Shown one piece after another: positions 10,238 through 21,248 of a stretch of DNA of 64,000 nucleotides. A program made the position numbers and the translations under genes. This DNA is from Gemmatimonas sp. (lineage in GTDB: Bacteria > Gemmatimonadota > Gemmatimonadetes > Gemmatimonadales > Gemmatimonadaceae), in NCBI GenBank assembly GCA_031414535.1, contig JANNVQ010000001.1, positions 30,744 to 94,743 of the forward strand, read 5' to 3'. Position 1 is the stretch's first letter. Each line of letters opens with the position of its first letter. The notes beneath the pieces were generated by a model. It was not told the DNA's origin and made no database searches. It was given only the letters and a program-made list of their open reading frames with translations.

Positions 10238-11899
10238 CTAACGCCGTCCGGAGCGCGCTCCCTGACCCGCCAATGGCGGCACCACCGCGCTCGGCCGGCG
10301 ATGCTTGGTGGCCTGCTCGTAGGAGTAGCCAAATCCGAGCAGCTTCGCCTCTGTGAACGGCCGTCCGAGAAACTCCAAGCCCGCCGGTAGACCATCGGCG
10401 GTGAAGCCCATCGGCACAGTGAGCGCCGGCCAGCCAAGCGTCGGGCTTAAGAAACGGTTGTCACCGAGGCTGTAGCGGTCGTTTGGACGCGGATTGGTGA
10501 GCACATCATCGGCGATGAGCGTGGGTGCCGCATCGAAGGTAGCGTAGATCAGCGCGTCGAGCTGATGGTCGGCCATCAACTTGAGCACCGCCACGCGTAG
10601 TTCCTCGCGGCGACGCAACAGGGTGCCGAAGCCGGGCTCGTCGGGTGATCGTCCGAGGGAGCTAATCAGTGAGCGCGCGCGCCAAGGATTCACTTGGCCA
10701 GCGAGAATGATTTCGCGCAGTGTTTTGTATGGTGCGTTGGGATGCTGCGCGAGGTAGGCGTCCGTTGCCGCCTCGGTCTCGAAGTCGTTCTCGGTAGTCC
10801 CGGGCACGCGCGGCACGCGCAGGGAGTCCACAATCTCTGCGCCCAGCGTACGGAGCTGCGCGATGGAGGCCTCGAAGAGTGGGCTGACCTTGGCAAACTC
10901 GACGACAGCCTCGCGCGTGAGACTGTCGCGGCGTGCCAGTGCTGTGTCGGCACGCAAGGCCGAGTCGCGGGCGGGCGTGAGCGTGAGAACTGTGTCGCGC
11001 GGAATGCGGAGTACACCGATGCGCGCCCCGCGCAGTGCGTCGGCAGAGAGTGTACGCGCATACGACGTCGGTACCTGACCCACGGCGTAGGCAGTGATGG
11101 GATCGCTGGCATCGTAGCCCGCAATCACATCCAACACAGCCGCTGCATCCGCCACGGTCCGCGTCATGGGACCCATCGTGTCCTGTGTCGGCGAGGCTGG
11201 CATCATCCCAAAACGGCTCACCAACTGGAGCGTGGGACGCAGCCCAACGAGCGAACTCACAGCCGCCGGCCCACGGACTGAGCCGCCAGTATCTTCGCCA
11301 ATGCCGACGAGCCCGAAGTTGGCGGCCACGCCGGACGCCGAGCCGCCGGAGGAGCCGCTAGGGTTGCGACGCGGGTCGTAGGCGTTGCGGATGATGCCGG
11401 AGCCCGATCCCACGTAGCGTTGGGCGAACTCGCCCATTGTGGTCTTTGCGAGGATGATGGCACCGGCGCCTTGCAGGCGCGTCACGATTGTGGCATCGCG
11501 CTGCGGGACGAAGTCCTTAAACAGCGCCGATCCATAAGTCGTGCGCATGTCTTTGGTCTCGACCTGATCCTTGAGCAGCACCGGGATGCAGTGCAGCGGC
11601 CCACGTGTGGCGCCGCTGTGTTGGACGGCATCGAGCGAGTCGGCGATAGCCAGTGCGCGCGGGTGCAGCGTCTGAATGGCGTTGAGCGATGGGCCGCGTT
11701 TGTCATACGCGGCGATGCGATCGAGATACGACTGCACAAGAGCGCGGCAGCTGAGCCGGCCGGCCGCCATCTCCGCGTGCACCGCGGCGATGGTAGTCTC
11801 GGTGACCTCAAAGCGCTGCTGCGCGGTGGCGGGGATGCTGACGCCGCACAGCAGCAGCGTCGCGAAACCTAGCCGGGCCAATCGAAACATCGCGGTCAT
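10238..11899 (-). CDS. Secreted amidase-signature family enzyme
   Basis: GPLHCIPVLLKD (Lys), GSSGGS and GEDTGGSVRGPA (Ser-cisSer-Lys triad); signal peptide. Confidence 0.88.
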   Translation of the reverse strand: MTAMFRLARLGFATLLLCGVSIPATAQQRFEVTETTIAAVHAEMAAGRLSCRALVQSYLDRIAAYDKRGPSLNAIQTLHPRALAIADSLDAVQHSGATRGPLHCIPVLLKDQVETKDMRTTYGSALFKDFVPQRDATIVTRLQGAGAIILAKTTMGEFAQRYVGSGSGIIRNAYDPRRNPSGSSGGSASGVAANFGLVGIGEDTGGSVRGPAAVSSLVGLRPTLQLVSRFGMMPASPTQDTMGPMTRTVADAAAVLDVIAGYDASDPITAYAVGQVPTSYARTLSADALRGARIGVLRIPRDTVLTLTPARDSALRADTALARRDSLTREAVVEFAKVSPLFEASIAQLRTLGAEIVDSLRVPRVPGTTENDFETEAATDAYLAQHPNAPYKTLREIILAGQVNPWRARSLISSLGRSPDEPGFGTLLRRREELRVAVLKLMADHQLDALIYATFDAAPTLIADDVLTNPRPNDRYSLGDNRFLSPTLGWPALTVPMGFTADGLPAGLEFLGRPFTEAKLLGFGYSYEQATKHRRPSAVVPPLAGQGARSGRR

Positions 11900-11998
11900 C
11901 CTAGTTGAGTGATGAATGAACTTTCTGTCAGCGCCCACAGTACACGCCAAAGATGCCTCCGCGTTGTCACCTGACGTCAGGGGGCGTAGTTTAGCGAC

Positions 11999-14965
11999 AT
12001 GTCCCTTCTCCGCCTCCGCGCGCCGCGCGCCCTCATCACCGGCCTGCTTCTCTCCGCCGCCGGTTCGATTCCCGCCCTCGCCCAGACGCCGAGCGCCGCG
12101 CTCACTGGTGCCCTGCCCTTCCGCAGCATCGGCCCCGCGTCAATGTCCGGCCGCTTCGTGGACCTCGCGGTGGTGGAGTCCGCCCCGCACGTTTTCTACG
12201 CTGCCAGCTCCACGGGCGGTCTGTGGAAGACGACGAACAATGGTACCACCTTCACGCCGCTGTTCAGCCACGAGGGCACGCACTCGCTCGGCGCCATTGC
12301 CGTGCATCAGCGCGATACCTCGATTGTCTGGGTGGGCACAGGCGAGCGCGCAAATCGTCAGAGTTCCTCGTGGGGCGATGGCGTGTACCTCTCGCGCGAT
12401 GGCGGACGCAGCTGGCGCAATATGGGCCTTCGTGAATCGGCGCACATCGGGCGCATTGTCTTGCATCCGCAGCAGACGGAAGTCGCCTACGTAGCGGCAA
12501 TGGGTCAGCTCTGGGGTCCGAACGAAGAGCGTGGCCTGTACCGCACGCGCGACGGCGGTGCGAGCTGGCAGCGTATCCTGAAGGTGGATGCGAACACCGG
12601 CGTCGTGGACGTCGCGATGGACCCCAGCGACCCAAACATTCTGTATGCGGCCTCCTATCAGCGCCGTCGCACGAGCTTCGGCTTTGACGGCGGTGGCCCC
12701 GGCAGCGCGCTGTGGAAGTCCACCGACGGTGGCGAGACCTGGCGCAAGCTGACGAACGGCCTCCCCAGTGGCGACTACGGCCGCATTGGCATCGCCATTT
12801 TCCGCGCCGATCCGCGGATCGTGTACGTGAGCATCGAGCAAGGACTGCGTTACACCGCTGCGACGAACTACGAGGAGCCGCAGGCTGGCCTCTACCGCTC
12901 CGAGAACCGGGGTGAAAGCTTCACGCAGCAAAGCACGTGGAACCCGCGGCCGATGTATGCCAGCCAGGTGATCGTGGATCCAGTGGATTCCTGCCGCATC
13001 TATATGATGAACTTCTTCTCCACATCTACCGACTGTGGAAAGACCTCACGCAGCGTGCGCCAGTCGCTGCACGGTGACGATCGCTTTATGTGGATCAATC
13101 CGGCAAACCCGCTGCACATCATTAAAGCCGACGACGGTGGCATCGGCATCAGCTATGACCGCGCGCAGACCTGGCTGTTCATCGCCGATCTCGCGGTGAG
13201 CCAGTTCTACCGCGTCAGCTTCGACATGCAGAAGCCGTACAACGTGTACGGTGGCTTGCAGGACAATGGCTCGTGGGCGGGCCCGTCGGCCACCTACCGC
13301 AGCGAAGGCATCACCAACGCCGATTGGATCAAGTGGGGCGGCGGCGACGGCTTCTTCAACGTGGTGGACACCACCGACAATCGCACGCTCTTCACGGGTT
13401 CGCAGTACCTCGGCATCTCACGCGTGAATCTCGTGACGGGCGAAGAACGCGACCTGCGTCCGGGCGATCCCACCGGCGCCATCGAGCCGCGCCGCAACTG
13501 GACGACTTGGGGTGACCGCAGCGCTTCGCCACAGCGGCTCGGCAATGCCATGGCGCCCGCCAACTGGGATTCGCCAATCGTCATCTCGCCGCACGACGCG
13601 CGCACGCTCTACGTCGGCACGAATATCCTCTGGAAGAGCAATGACCGCGGCAACACGTGGACGGCACTCGGCGACCGCACCAAGGGTATCGATCGCCGCA
13701 CATTGCCGATTATGGGCCAGATGCCAACTGCCGCATCCCGCTCCCTCGATGACGGCGTGCCCTACTGGCCCACGGTGAGCGCGATTGCGGAGTCGCCTCG
13801 GCAGCGCGGCGTGCTCTGGGTGGGCACTGATGACGGCAACGTGCAGCGCAGCGCTGATGACGGACGCAACTGGACCGAGATGGCAAACCGTATGCCTGGC
13901 CTGCCGCGCGGTTCCGTGATCAACGGCATCGAGTTATCGCGTCACTCCGTGGGCCGCGTGTACGTAGTGGCCAACGACTATCGCAACGGAAACTTCGGCA
14001 ACTTTGTGTACCGCAGTGACGATGACGGGGCGACGTGGACTCGCATTGATGCCGGTTTGCCCAGCGGCCGCGTGGCGCGCACGCTGCGCGAGGATCACGT
14101 CAACGCCGACCTGCTCTTCCTCGGCACCGAGCTCGGTCTGTTCTGGAGCAACGACCGCGGCGCGAGTTGGGCGGAGTTGCGCGGCAACATGCCGCTCATG
14201 GCGTACAACGATCTCTTCATCCATCCTCGCGAGCACGATCTCGTGCTCGGCACGCACTCGCGCGGCATCTGGATCCTCGACCACATCGCAGCGTTGCGCG
14301 AGTTGACGCCGAGCGTGGCGCAGCGACCACTGCACGTGTTCAGCACCAGAGCCGCCGAGCAGATTCGGTATCGCGGTGCACTGGGGCATGTGGGCGATGT
14401 GTTCTTCCGCGGCGAGAATCCGGCGGCTGGTGGCCTCATTGACGTGTGGATGCGCGCGGCCGACTCACTCACCGTGACGTTCCACGATGCCAGTGGTACA
14501 GAAGTCGCGCGCGTGCGTCAGGCCGGCGTGGCTGGTGTGAACCGTGTAGTGTGGGATCTCCGCTATGCTGGCAACGGCCCGTTCGTTCACCTTGGGGTTT
14601 ACGAGGTGCGGGCCACGGCGGGTGCAGCGACCGCGACGGGTCGTCTCGAAGTGCGTGAGGATCCACGCATCAGCGTGGCGGCGGACGTGCGTCGCACTTG
14701 GACAGAAGCGATGCGCTCGCTCGCCATTTTGCGCAACGAGACTCGGGCACTGAATCAACAGGCGCAGCGAGCCTTGGCGGCACTGCCGGCCAATGCGCCG
14801 AGCGCGCGCCGCGCCGCGGCGGCGGAACTCGTGCGGGAGAGCACCGAGCTCGTCTCGCGAGTACAGCGGCTTTATAGCGATGCCAATGGGGAGGTTGGGC
14901 CGTTGACGGCGATTCAGCGGGAGCAGGAGGCGTACTACCGGCGGATGCTGGCGGAACTGAGGTAG
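11999..14965 (+). CDS. Secreted VPS10/sortilin-like BNR-repeat protein
   Basis: [12 protein letters not shown], Asp-box repeats, GGLQDNGSW and [11 protein letters not shown]. Confidence 0.87.
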   Translation: MSLLRLRAPRALITGLLLSAAGSIPALAQTPSAALTGALPFRSIGPASMSGRFVDLAVVESAPHVFYAASSTGGLWKTTNNGTTFTPLFSHEGTHSLGAIAVHQRDTSIVWVGTGERANRQSSSWGDGVYLSRDGGRSWRNMGLRESAHIGRIVLHPQQTEVAYVAAMGQLWGPNEERGLYRTRDGGASWQRILKVDANTGVVDVAMDPSDPNILYAASYQRRRTSFGFDGGGPGSALWKSTDGGETWRKLTNGLPSGDYGRIGIAIFRADPRIVYVSIEQGLRYTAATNYEEPQAGLYRSENRGESFTQQSTWNPRPMYASQVIVDPVDSCRIYMMNFFSTSTDCGKTSRSVRQSLHGDDRFMWINPANPLHIIKADDGGIGISYDRAQTWLFIADLAVSQFYRVSFDMQKPYNVYGGLQDNGSWAGPSATYRSEGITNADWIKWGGGDGFFNVVDTTDNRTLFTGSQYLGISRVNLVTGEERDLRPGDPTGAIEPRRNWTTWGDRSASPQRLGNAMAPANWDSPIVISPHDARTLYVGTNILWKSNDRGNTWTALGDRTKGIDRRTLPIMGQMPTAASRSLDDGVPYWPTVSAIAESPRQRGVLWVGTDDGNVQRSADDGRNWTEMANRMPGLPRGSVINGIELSRHSVGRVYVVANDYRNGNFGNFVYRSDDDGATWTRIDAGLPSGRVARTLREDHVNADLLFLGTELGLFWSNDRGASWAELRGNMPLMAYNDLFIHPREHDLVLGTHSRGIWILDHIAALRELTPSVAQRPLHVFSTRAAEQIRYRGALGHVGDVFFRGENPAAGGLIDVWMRAADSLTVTFHDASGTEVARVRQAGVAGVNRVVWDLRYAGNGPFVHLGVYEVRATAGAATATGRLEVREDPRISVAADVRRTWTEAMRSLAILRNETRALNQQAQRALAALPANAPSARRAAAAELVRESTELVSRVQRLYSDANGEVGPLTAIQREQEAYYRRMLAELR

Positions 14966-14969
14966 GGCG

Positions 14970-15911
14970 GTGGACCTCCGCGCACGCATCTATATAGCTG
15001 GACACACCGGACTCGTGGGTTCGGCGTTGACGCGTCGCCTGCGGGCGCTCGGATACCTGAACCTTCTCGAACGCACACACGCGGAGCTCGAACTCGAGGA
15101 TGGAGCCGCGGTGAACGCTTTCTTCGCGGCAGAGCGGCCCGAGTACTTATTCATGGCGGCCGCCCGCGTGGGTGGGATCCTCGCGAACGACACGTATCCG
15201 GCGGATTTCATCCGGTCGAATCTGGCCATCCAATGCAACGTGATTGAGGCCGCATTCCGACACAACATCACGCGCATGATGTTCCTCGGCAGTTCCTGCG
15301 TGTACCCGAAGCACGCCCCACAGCCGCTCAAGGAGGAATACCTGCTGTCCGGGTACCTCGAGCCGACGAATGAAGCGTATGCCGTCGCAAAGATCGCCGG
15401 GATTACGATGTGTCAGGCGTACAACCGGCAGCACGGGACTGACTTTCGGTCAGTAATGCCCACCAATTTGTATGGTCCGGGCGATAACTACGATTTACAG
15501 GAGAGCCATGTCCTGCCCGCACTGCTGCACCGTTTCCATCTCGCCAAGGAGCGCGGCGATCCAACGGTCACAGTGTGGGGCACGGGAACGGTTCGGCGAG
15601 AGTTCCTTCACGTGGATGACATGGCAGACGCCTGCGTCTTCCTCATGCAGCAGCCGGTCATGAAGGAGATTGTGAATATCGGGTGCGGCACCGATGTGTC
15701 CATCGCTGACCTCGCGAGTCTGGCGCGGGAGGTCGTCGGCTATTCCGGTGAGATCGTCTATGACTCGTCTAAGCCGGATGGGACGCCGCGCAAGCTACTC
15801 GACGTTTCAAAGCTCACCTCGCTTGGTTGGGCACCGCAAATCGAGCTGAAAGCCGGACTGCAGTCGGCTTACGAAGCGTTCCTCAGCGAGCGCCGCTTGT
15901 CGAAAGCGTGA
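14970..15911 (+). CDS. fcl: GDP-L-fucose synthase
   Basis: [53 protein letters not shown] and [11 protein letters not shown]. Confidence 0.95.
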   Translation: MDLRARIYIAGHTGLVGSALTRRLRALGYLNLLERTHAELELEDGAAVNAFFAAERPEYLFMAAARVGGILANDTYPADFIRSNLAIQCNVIEAAFRHNITRMMFLGSSCVYPKHAPQPLKEEYLLSGYLEPTNEAYAVAKIAGITMCQAYNRQHGTDFRSVMPTNLYGPGDNYDLQESHVLPALLHRFHLAKERGDPTVTVWGTGTVRREFLHVDDMADACVFLMQQPVMKEIVNIGCGTDVSIADLASLAREVVGYSGEIVYDSSKPDGTPRKLLDVSKLTSLGWAPQIELKAGLQSAYEAFLSERRLSKA

Positions 15912-17595
15912 TCCACGAAGGAATCCACGGCTTCACGAGGTCGAGTGGATCGGGCGTTGGCTGGGGTGAGCGAGCGTCGGGCAAACAAAGCACCGCGTGT
16001 GTTCGGAGCAGCACTGCGGGATGGGGGCACGCCGGCGTGTCCTGAGTGTCATATCGGATGCCATACGCCGTGAAGTGGAGGTCCACGTTCACGAACGGCG
16101 CTCCCTCCTGCGAGACGGTGATGACTCCGCCCGCGGCGTCAACCGAGAGTGCGGCGAGTTGGCGGCGATGTAAAACCTGATCTAGGGTTGCCGTCACGTT
16201 CGATGCGAGCGCGACAATCGCGATGTTCACCGCGACGAGTGCTGCCAAGACCATCACGACGCGCCGCGGTCTGCTCAAGAGCAACGGCGGCAGTGCGGCG
16301 AGCCAGAGTTGAGGGGCGTAGCGCGCGTAGAACCCAAAGGGCAAGACGAGCGACGACGCAGCAATGGCCAGTGCGAGGACGGTGAGTCCGCCTACCGGTT
16401 CGGCCCGCCGCCAGGCGACGACGAACGCGAGCAGACCCACCAGCAGCGCGGCGCCGAACAGTGGCCCCCACCCCCCGACGCGCGTGTCCAAGGTGGTGAA
16501 CGCGGCCACTTCATTCGCCTGCACTGTGAACGGCAACTTCAGCTGTGGCGGCCTGTACGAGTCGTCACTACTCGCGGCGAACATCGACGTCAGTACCTGC
16601 TCAAATCGCGGGCGCGCACTGAATGCCGAGTCGCGATGCACCCATCCAGCGATTGGTAGCGCGTCGCGGCCGCGCGCGGGATACGCCGGGTGCCCGTACC
16701 AGATTGTGTTGGTGATGTATGGGTTGAGGCCCGCCAGCAGCGCGAGCCCGCCAGCCGCAACCCCAAGGCGCAACGCCGACGAAAAGCGAGCACGATCACG
16801 CCACGCGAGCCACGCGAGAGCGAGGATGCCGCACTGCGCGACCAATGCGGCGCCAGTGAACTTGAGTGTGCAGAGCCAGGCAGCATGGAGCACGAGGGCA
16901 AGGCCCCAGCGACGCTGGCGCGTGCGGTACCACAGCACGCCGAGGGCCGCGACAATCAGCAGTGAGGACGCGACGAGTCCGTCGACGTAGTAGGTCAGCA
17001 GTTGCGGTGTCGTCACCGGATTGAGCGCCGCCGCGACGGCAACGAACCACGCACGACGGCGCCCCACGCCGAGCGTCAGCAGGGCCGACCCGGTGAGCAG
17101 TATTGCGGACGCGAGGGCAAGCAGTTGCATCGCTTTGCCCCCTTCGATGTTGCCCGTTGCCTGCAATAGCATCGCTGGGAGGAGCCACGCACCCTTTGGA
17201 AGTCCGGTCACGTGCGGACCGCCGACGAGGGACTCCGATCGCGTGGGGTCCCACACCGGATTCCAGCCCTCGGCTAGCTGTCGGATGCCAACTTGATGAT
17301 ACGTCTGGCCATCGTAGCTCAAATCGAACGTCAGCGCGGCGATGACGATGGCGACCGACACGACGGCGCTCGCCACGCCGAACGTGCGCAGAGCTGGGGC
17401 ACCAGGCTGCTTCCAGCACCATCCGGCAATCACCAGTGCTGCTACGAGCAGAGGCCATGGCGTCAGCGGAATCCCGAGTGCAAATCCGGCAGCGGCGATG
17501 GCAGTTGGGAGCGACAGCGCGAGGGCGAGCAGTAGGCCGAGCTGGGCGGCGCGCTCCGGGCCTGGCGACTGCGTCACCGGAATTTGAGGCGCCAT
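15883..17595 (-). CDS. Polytopic membrane protein, possibly a GT-C-type glycosyltransferase
   Basis: Many hydrophobic segments; [10 protein letters not shown] acidic loop after the first helices; YYVDG and LKFTG; overlaps the 3' end of the upstream GT2 gene. Confidence 0.55.
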   Translation of the reverse strand: MAPQIPVTQSPGPERAAQLGLLLALALSLPTAIAAAGFALGIPLTPWPLLVAALVIAGWCWKQPGAPALRTFGVASAVVSVAIVIAALTFDLSYDGQTYHQVGIRQLAEGWNPVWDPTRSESLVGGPHVTGLPKGAWLLPAMLLQATGNIEGGKAMQLLALASAILLTGSALLTLGVGRRRAWFVAVAAALNPVTTPQLLTYYVDGLVASSLLIVAALGVLWYRTRQRRWGLALVLHAAWLCTLKFTGAALVAQCGILALAWLAWRDRARFSSALRLGVAAGGLALLAGLNPYITNTIWYGHPAYPARGRDALPIAGWVHRDSAFSARPRFEQVLTSMFAASSDDSYRPPQLKLPFTVQANEVAAFTTLDTRVGGWGPLFGAALLVGLLAFVVAWRRAEPVGGLTVLALAIAASSLVLPFGFYARYAPQLWLAALPPLLLSRPRRVVMVLAALVAVNIAIVALASNVTATLDQVLHRRQLAALSVDAAGGVITVSQEGAPFVNVDLHFTAYGIRYDTQDTPACPHPAVLLRTHAVLCLPDARSPQPTPDPLDLVKPWIPSWITLSTSGAR

Positions 17596-19058
17596 AGCGC
17601 GAACCAAGTCATGCGAAGCAACAGGAGGCCGTGGCGCCAACGCTGGATGTTCGTATCGCCGTACACGCGCTCACGATAGCGGATAGGCAGGTCTTGGATA
17701 CGAAGATTCAGCTTGGCCGCGCCGAACAGCAGGTCGAAATCGCCGAACGGGTCGAAGTCACCGAAATACGCCCGGTTCGCCGCGATGCGATCGTAATCGC
17801 GGCGCCATAGGACCTTGGTGCCACAGAGAGTGTCCTTCACGCGTTGTCCCAAGAGCCAGGAGAAGGCCCAACTGAAGCCATGATTCGCGAACAAGTTCAG
17901 CAGTTGCATGGCTTGCCCTTCCATGGGATACACGAGGCGTACCCCGTTCACCATTTCACCGAGTCCATCGCGCGCGGCCGCATAAAATCGCGGCAGCTCT
18001 TCGGGAGGCATCGTGAGGTCGGCGTCGAGAATCATGAGCAAATCGCCGCGTGCCTTCGCGAATCCGAGCCGCACGGCATCGCCTTTGCCAGAGCCCGTTT
18101 GGCGGAACGCTTGGCACGACCATTCAGGATGCGCCGCAATCTCGCGCTGGATGGTGTCCCAGGTGTCGTCTCGCGAGTGGCCTTCGATGAACACAATCTC
18201 GGTCTCGCGGCCCATGCGTGGCAGGCGCGCGAACAGTGCCGCTATGTTGCCGGCCTCGTTGCGTGCGGGCACAATCACCGACACGCTCGGCGCCGACTCA
18301 GGCATCGCACGAGGCTTGGGCCGCGCAACCATCAATGTGGTGAGCGCGAGTAAATGGAAGGGCGGGACTCGGACGAGGCCCCGATTCAGCAAGGGGGCGA
18401 GGAGCGGGATGTCCAGCGGTAGGAGAATCTCGCGGGACTCGCGGACGACCTCAAAGCCGGCCAGGTTGAGAAGGCCGCGTAAATCGCCGGCGGCCAGCCA
18501 ATTCTGATGGAGCACTGGTCGCGCGAGGCGCAGCGCGAGTGCTGCCGCGAGGAGCGGCTCCCACACCTTGCTGTACGACGTAATCACCAGCCGGGTCTGC
18601 GGCGTACACACGCGGGCCACTTGCTCGAGTACCTGCTGCACGTTCCACAGGTCGTTGACGAGGTCCGACAGGATGACAACATCAAACGTGCCCTCGATCG
18701 GCAACGCATGGGCATCAGCAGCAACGAAATGCAGGTGCGGGTGACGGGCACGCGCCGATGCCAGCATTTCCGTCGAGAAGTCGACGCCGAGGCCAAATGA
18801 CGGCTGGCACGCCGCGAGGAGGTCGCCGCCGGCACAGCCAATTTCGAGCACACGTTGACCCGGCGCGATCGCGAACTGGTGGATCTCCGCCATGCGCCGA
18901 TGGTAGGCACCGCCGAATCCCGGTCGGTGACGCTCCTGAATCGCCACGCTATCCCAATTGCGTATGCGGGCCGCGCGATGGTGATCACCCGGACCCGTCT
19001 CCATCGTCCCACTCAATTCGGTCCGGTCGTTCACGGAGGGGAATATCTCCGTTCGCAT
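17574..19058 (-). CDS. SAM-methyltransferase-like domain fused to a GT2 polyprenol-phosphate glycosyltransferase-like domain
   Basis: VLEIGCAGG in the N-terminal part; VIVPARNEAGNI, EGHSRD, GKGDAVR, ILDADLT and DTLCGTK in the C-terminal part. Confidence 0.85.
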   Translation of the reverse strand: MRTEIFPSVNDRTELSGTMETGPGDHHRAARIRNWDSVAIQERHRPGFGGAYHRRMAEIHQFAIAPGQRVLEIGCAGGDLLAACQPSFGLGVDFSTEMLASARARHPHLHFVAADAHALPIEGTFDVVILSDLVNDLWNVQQVLEQVARVCTPQTRLVITSYSKVWEPLLAAALALRLARPVLHQNWLAAGDLRGLLNLAGFEVVRESREILLPLDIPLLAPLLNRGLVRVPPFHLLALTTLMVARPKPRAMPESAPSVSVIVPARNEAGNIAALFARLPRMGRETEIVFIEGHSRDDTWDTIQREIAAHPEWSCQAFRQTGSGKGDAVRLGFAKARGDLLMILDADLTMPPEELPRFYAAARDGLGEMVNGVRLVYPMEGQAMQLLNLFANHGFSWAFSWLLGQRVKDTLCGTKVLWRRDYDRIAANRAYFGDFDPFGDFDLLFGAAKLNLRIQDLPIRYRERVYGDTNIQRWRHGLLLLRMTWFALWRLKFR

Positions 19059-19081
19059 TGACCGCCGCAATATCTTACGAG

Positions 19082-19843
19082 ATGATGTCGCAACCCAGTA
19101 AACCCAGCAGTGCAGTGAGCGCACGCGTCGAAAACGAGCTACGACATGGGGCGTGGCTCGCGGCCGAGGAAACAGAGCGCGTGTGGGGGTGGGGTACGCC
19201 TGCGGGCCGCCGCCGCGCTGCACGCCGCGGCGCCTTGATTGCACGTGTCGCCGCACTCAGGCCTGGCCGCCGTGCGCTTGAGGTGGGCGCGGGCACGGGA
19301 ATCTTCACCGAGATCTTCGCGCGGACCGGCGCTGACGTGGTCGCTGTGGATCTGTCGCCAGATCTGTTGGCGAAGGCTCATGTGCGACTCAGCGCGTTCG
19401 ACCGGGTGCGGCTCTTGGAGAAGCGATTTGAAGACTGCGATGTGGACGGCCCGTTCGACGCGGTGATTGGGTCATCGGTATTGCACCACCTGGAGCTGGC
19501 GCCGGCGCTGCGTCGAATCGCAGAGTTGCTCACCCCCGGTGGCGTGCTATGCTTCGCGGAGCCGAACATGCTCAACCCGCAGATCTTCGCCGAGCGGAGG
19601 TTCCGGCGGTTCTTTCCCCAAGTATCGCCCGATGAAACGGCGTTCGTGAGGTGGACCTTGGCGCGTTCGCTGGTTTCGGCAGGCTTCAGCAATGTGCAGA
19701 TCACGCCGTTCGACTGGTTGCATCCGGCAGTGCCGGCGCCGGGCATCGGCGTCGTCTCGGCGGTTGGCCGTGGGCTCGAGGTGTTGCCCGGCCTACGGGA
19801 GTTCGCGGGGTCTCTGTTGATTCGGGCAGAAAGGGCTGTGTAG
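19082..19843 (+). CDS. Class I SAM-dependent methyltransferase
   Basis: ALEVGAGTG, VDLSP, FDAVIGSSVLHHL and PGG.LCFAEPN. Confidence 0.88.
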   Translation: MMSQPSKPSSAVSARVENELRHGAWLAAEETERVWGWGTPAGRRRAARRGALIARVAALRPGRRALEVGAGTGIFTEIFARTGADVVAVDLSPDLLAKAHVRLSAFDRVRLLEKRFEDCDVDGPFDAVIGSSVLHHLELAPALRRIAELLTPGGVLCFAEPNMLNPQIFAERRFRRFFPQVSPDETAFVRWTLARSLVSAGFSNVQITPFDWLHPAVPAPGIGVVSAVGRGLEVLPGLREFAGSLLIRAERAV

Positions 19844-19903
19844 GTGTGGCGGATTCCACGTCGTCATGAAGGTCGGTCGATGGCCAAAGGCATTGACCAG
19901 CAG
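19844..19903 (-). pseudogene. 60-bp relic of a ceramide-synthase-like GNAT paralogue
   Basis: Minus strand reads LLVNAFGHRPTFMTTWNPPH, compared with LLVGGFELRPTFMTAWNPPY at 45493-45552 (14/20 identical). Confidence 0.7.
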
Positions 19904-19950
19904 CGCGGCGGCACCTGTCCAGCTTCCACGACGCGAGCTAATTTCGCTCG

Positions 19951-21234
19951 ATGACCAGACCTCTCACGCGCGGTTTCGCTTCACTCGTCCTGCTCGGCCT
20001 CTTCACCAGCAACTTGGTGGCACAGGGTCGCGCCGTCTTCCAGCCTGCCGCCAGCGCCGCGGCCGCGGGATTCTCCGCCACGCGCCTCGCCCGGATTGAC
20101 TCCCTCGTCGCCGGGGCCGTCGCGCGGGGAGAGGTCAACGGCGCCGTCGTCCACATCGTCCGTGGCGGGCGGGTGGTGATGCACCGCGCCTACGGGGTGC
20201 GAGACGTCGGAACACAAGTGCCGATGCGACGCGACGACATCTTCCGCATCGCTTCGCAGTCCAAGGCCATCACAGCGTTGGCCGTGATGATGTTGTGGGA
20301 GGAAGGTCACTTTTCACTGGATGAGCCGATCTCGCGTCTCCTACCGGAGTTCGCGCGGCCCACGGTGCTGACCAAGTTCAACGCGGCAGACTCGACAGCA
20401 GAATCAGAGGCCGCTGGGCGCGAAATCACCGTACGCCAATTGCTCACGCACACCTCTGGAATCGACTACGCTGGCATCGGCAACGAAGAATTCCGCGCCC
20501 TCTACGCCAAGGCTGGCATACCGAGTGGAATCGGTAATGACCGCGCCACGATTGGCGAGAAGATGCGCGTGCTGGGGCGCCTTCCCCTCCGCGCGAGGCC
20601 CGGCGAGCGCTACACCTACTCCCTCTCCTTCGATGTGCTTGGGTATCTCGTGGAGGTCGTCTCGGGGATGCCCTTCGATCAATTCCTGCGCGCGCGCGTC
20701 TTTGATCCACTTGGGATGCGCGACACCTGGTTCTACCTGCCAGCGGACCGGCACGAACGTCTCGTGACGTTGCACGATGGTGAGTCGGGCAAAGCGGTGC
20801 CGATGCAAGGCACGGCCTTTGATGGCGTCAATCCGAACTATCCGCGACTAGCCGGCACGTACTTCTCGGGTGGAGCCGGCCTCTCGTCCACGGTGGAGGA
20901 CTACGCGCGCTTTCTGCAACTCTTCCTGAACAAGGGAGAACTCGGCGGCGTGCGTTTGCTCAGCCCGCGTACGGTGGAGATGATGCTCACCGACCAGTTG
21001 CCCGCGATGACGAATAAGGTGGGACTCGGCTTCGGATTGGAAACTGAGGCAAACGACTTTCGCTCGCCGCGCAGCATTGGCGCGTTTAGTTGGGGAGGCG
21101 CGTTCGCTACAACGTACTGGGCGGATCCGCGCGATGAACTGATTGCGCAGATTTACACGAACATGGTGAATCCGGCCGCGCGCGATCTAGCGGGGCGGTT
21201 CAATGCGCTCACGTATGGGGCGATGGTGCGCTAG
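19951..21234 (+). CDS. Serine hydrolase, beta-lactamase/AmpC-like family
   Basis: FRIASQSK (SxxK), LLTHTSG, YTYS and WGGAF. Confidence 0.88.
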   Translation: MTRPLTRGFASLVLLGLFTSNLVAQGRAVFQPAASAAAAGFSATRLARIDSLVAGAVARGEVNGAVVHIVRGGRVVMHRAYGVRDVGTQVPMRRDDIFRIASQSKAITALAVMMLWEEGHFSLDEPISRLLPEFARPTVLTKFNAADSTAESEAAGREITVRQLLTHTSGIDYAGIGNEEFRALYAKAGIPSGIGNDRATIGEKMRVLGRLPLRARPGERYTYSLSFDVLGYLVEVVSGMPFDQFLRARVFDPLGMRDTWFYLPADRHERLVTLHDGESGKAVPMQGTAFDGVNPNYPRLAGTYFSGGAGLSSTVEDYARFLQLFLNKGELGGVRLLSPRTVEMMLTDQLPAMTNKVGLGFGLETEANDFRSPRSIGAFSWGGAFATTYWADPRDELIAQIYTNMVNPAARDLAGRFNALTYGAMVR

Positions 21235-21248
21235 GACGATGCGCTCGC

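Noticed and set aside
11970..11981. 12-bp palindrome cctgacgtcagg in a divergent spacer (also tgccctagggca at 1088-1099)
   Set aside because: Single, unrelated short palindromes are expected by chance in 64 kb, and no regulator or second copy was seen
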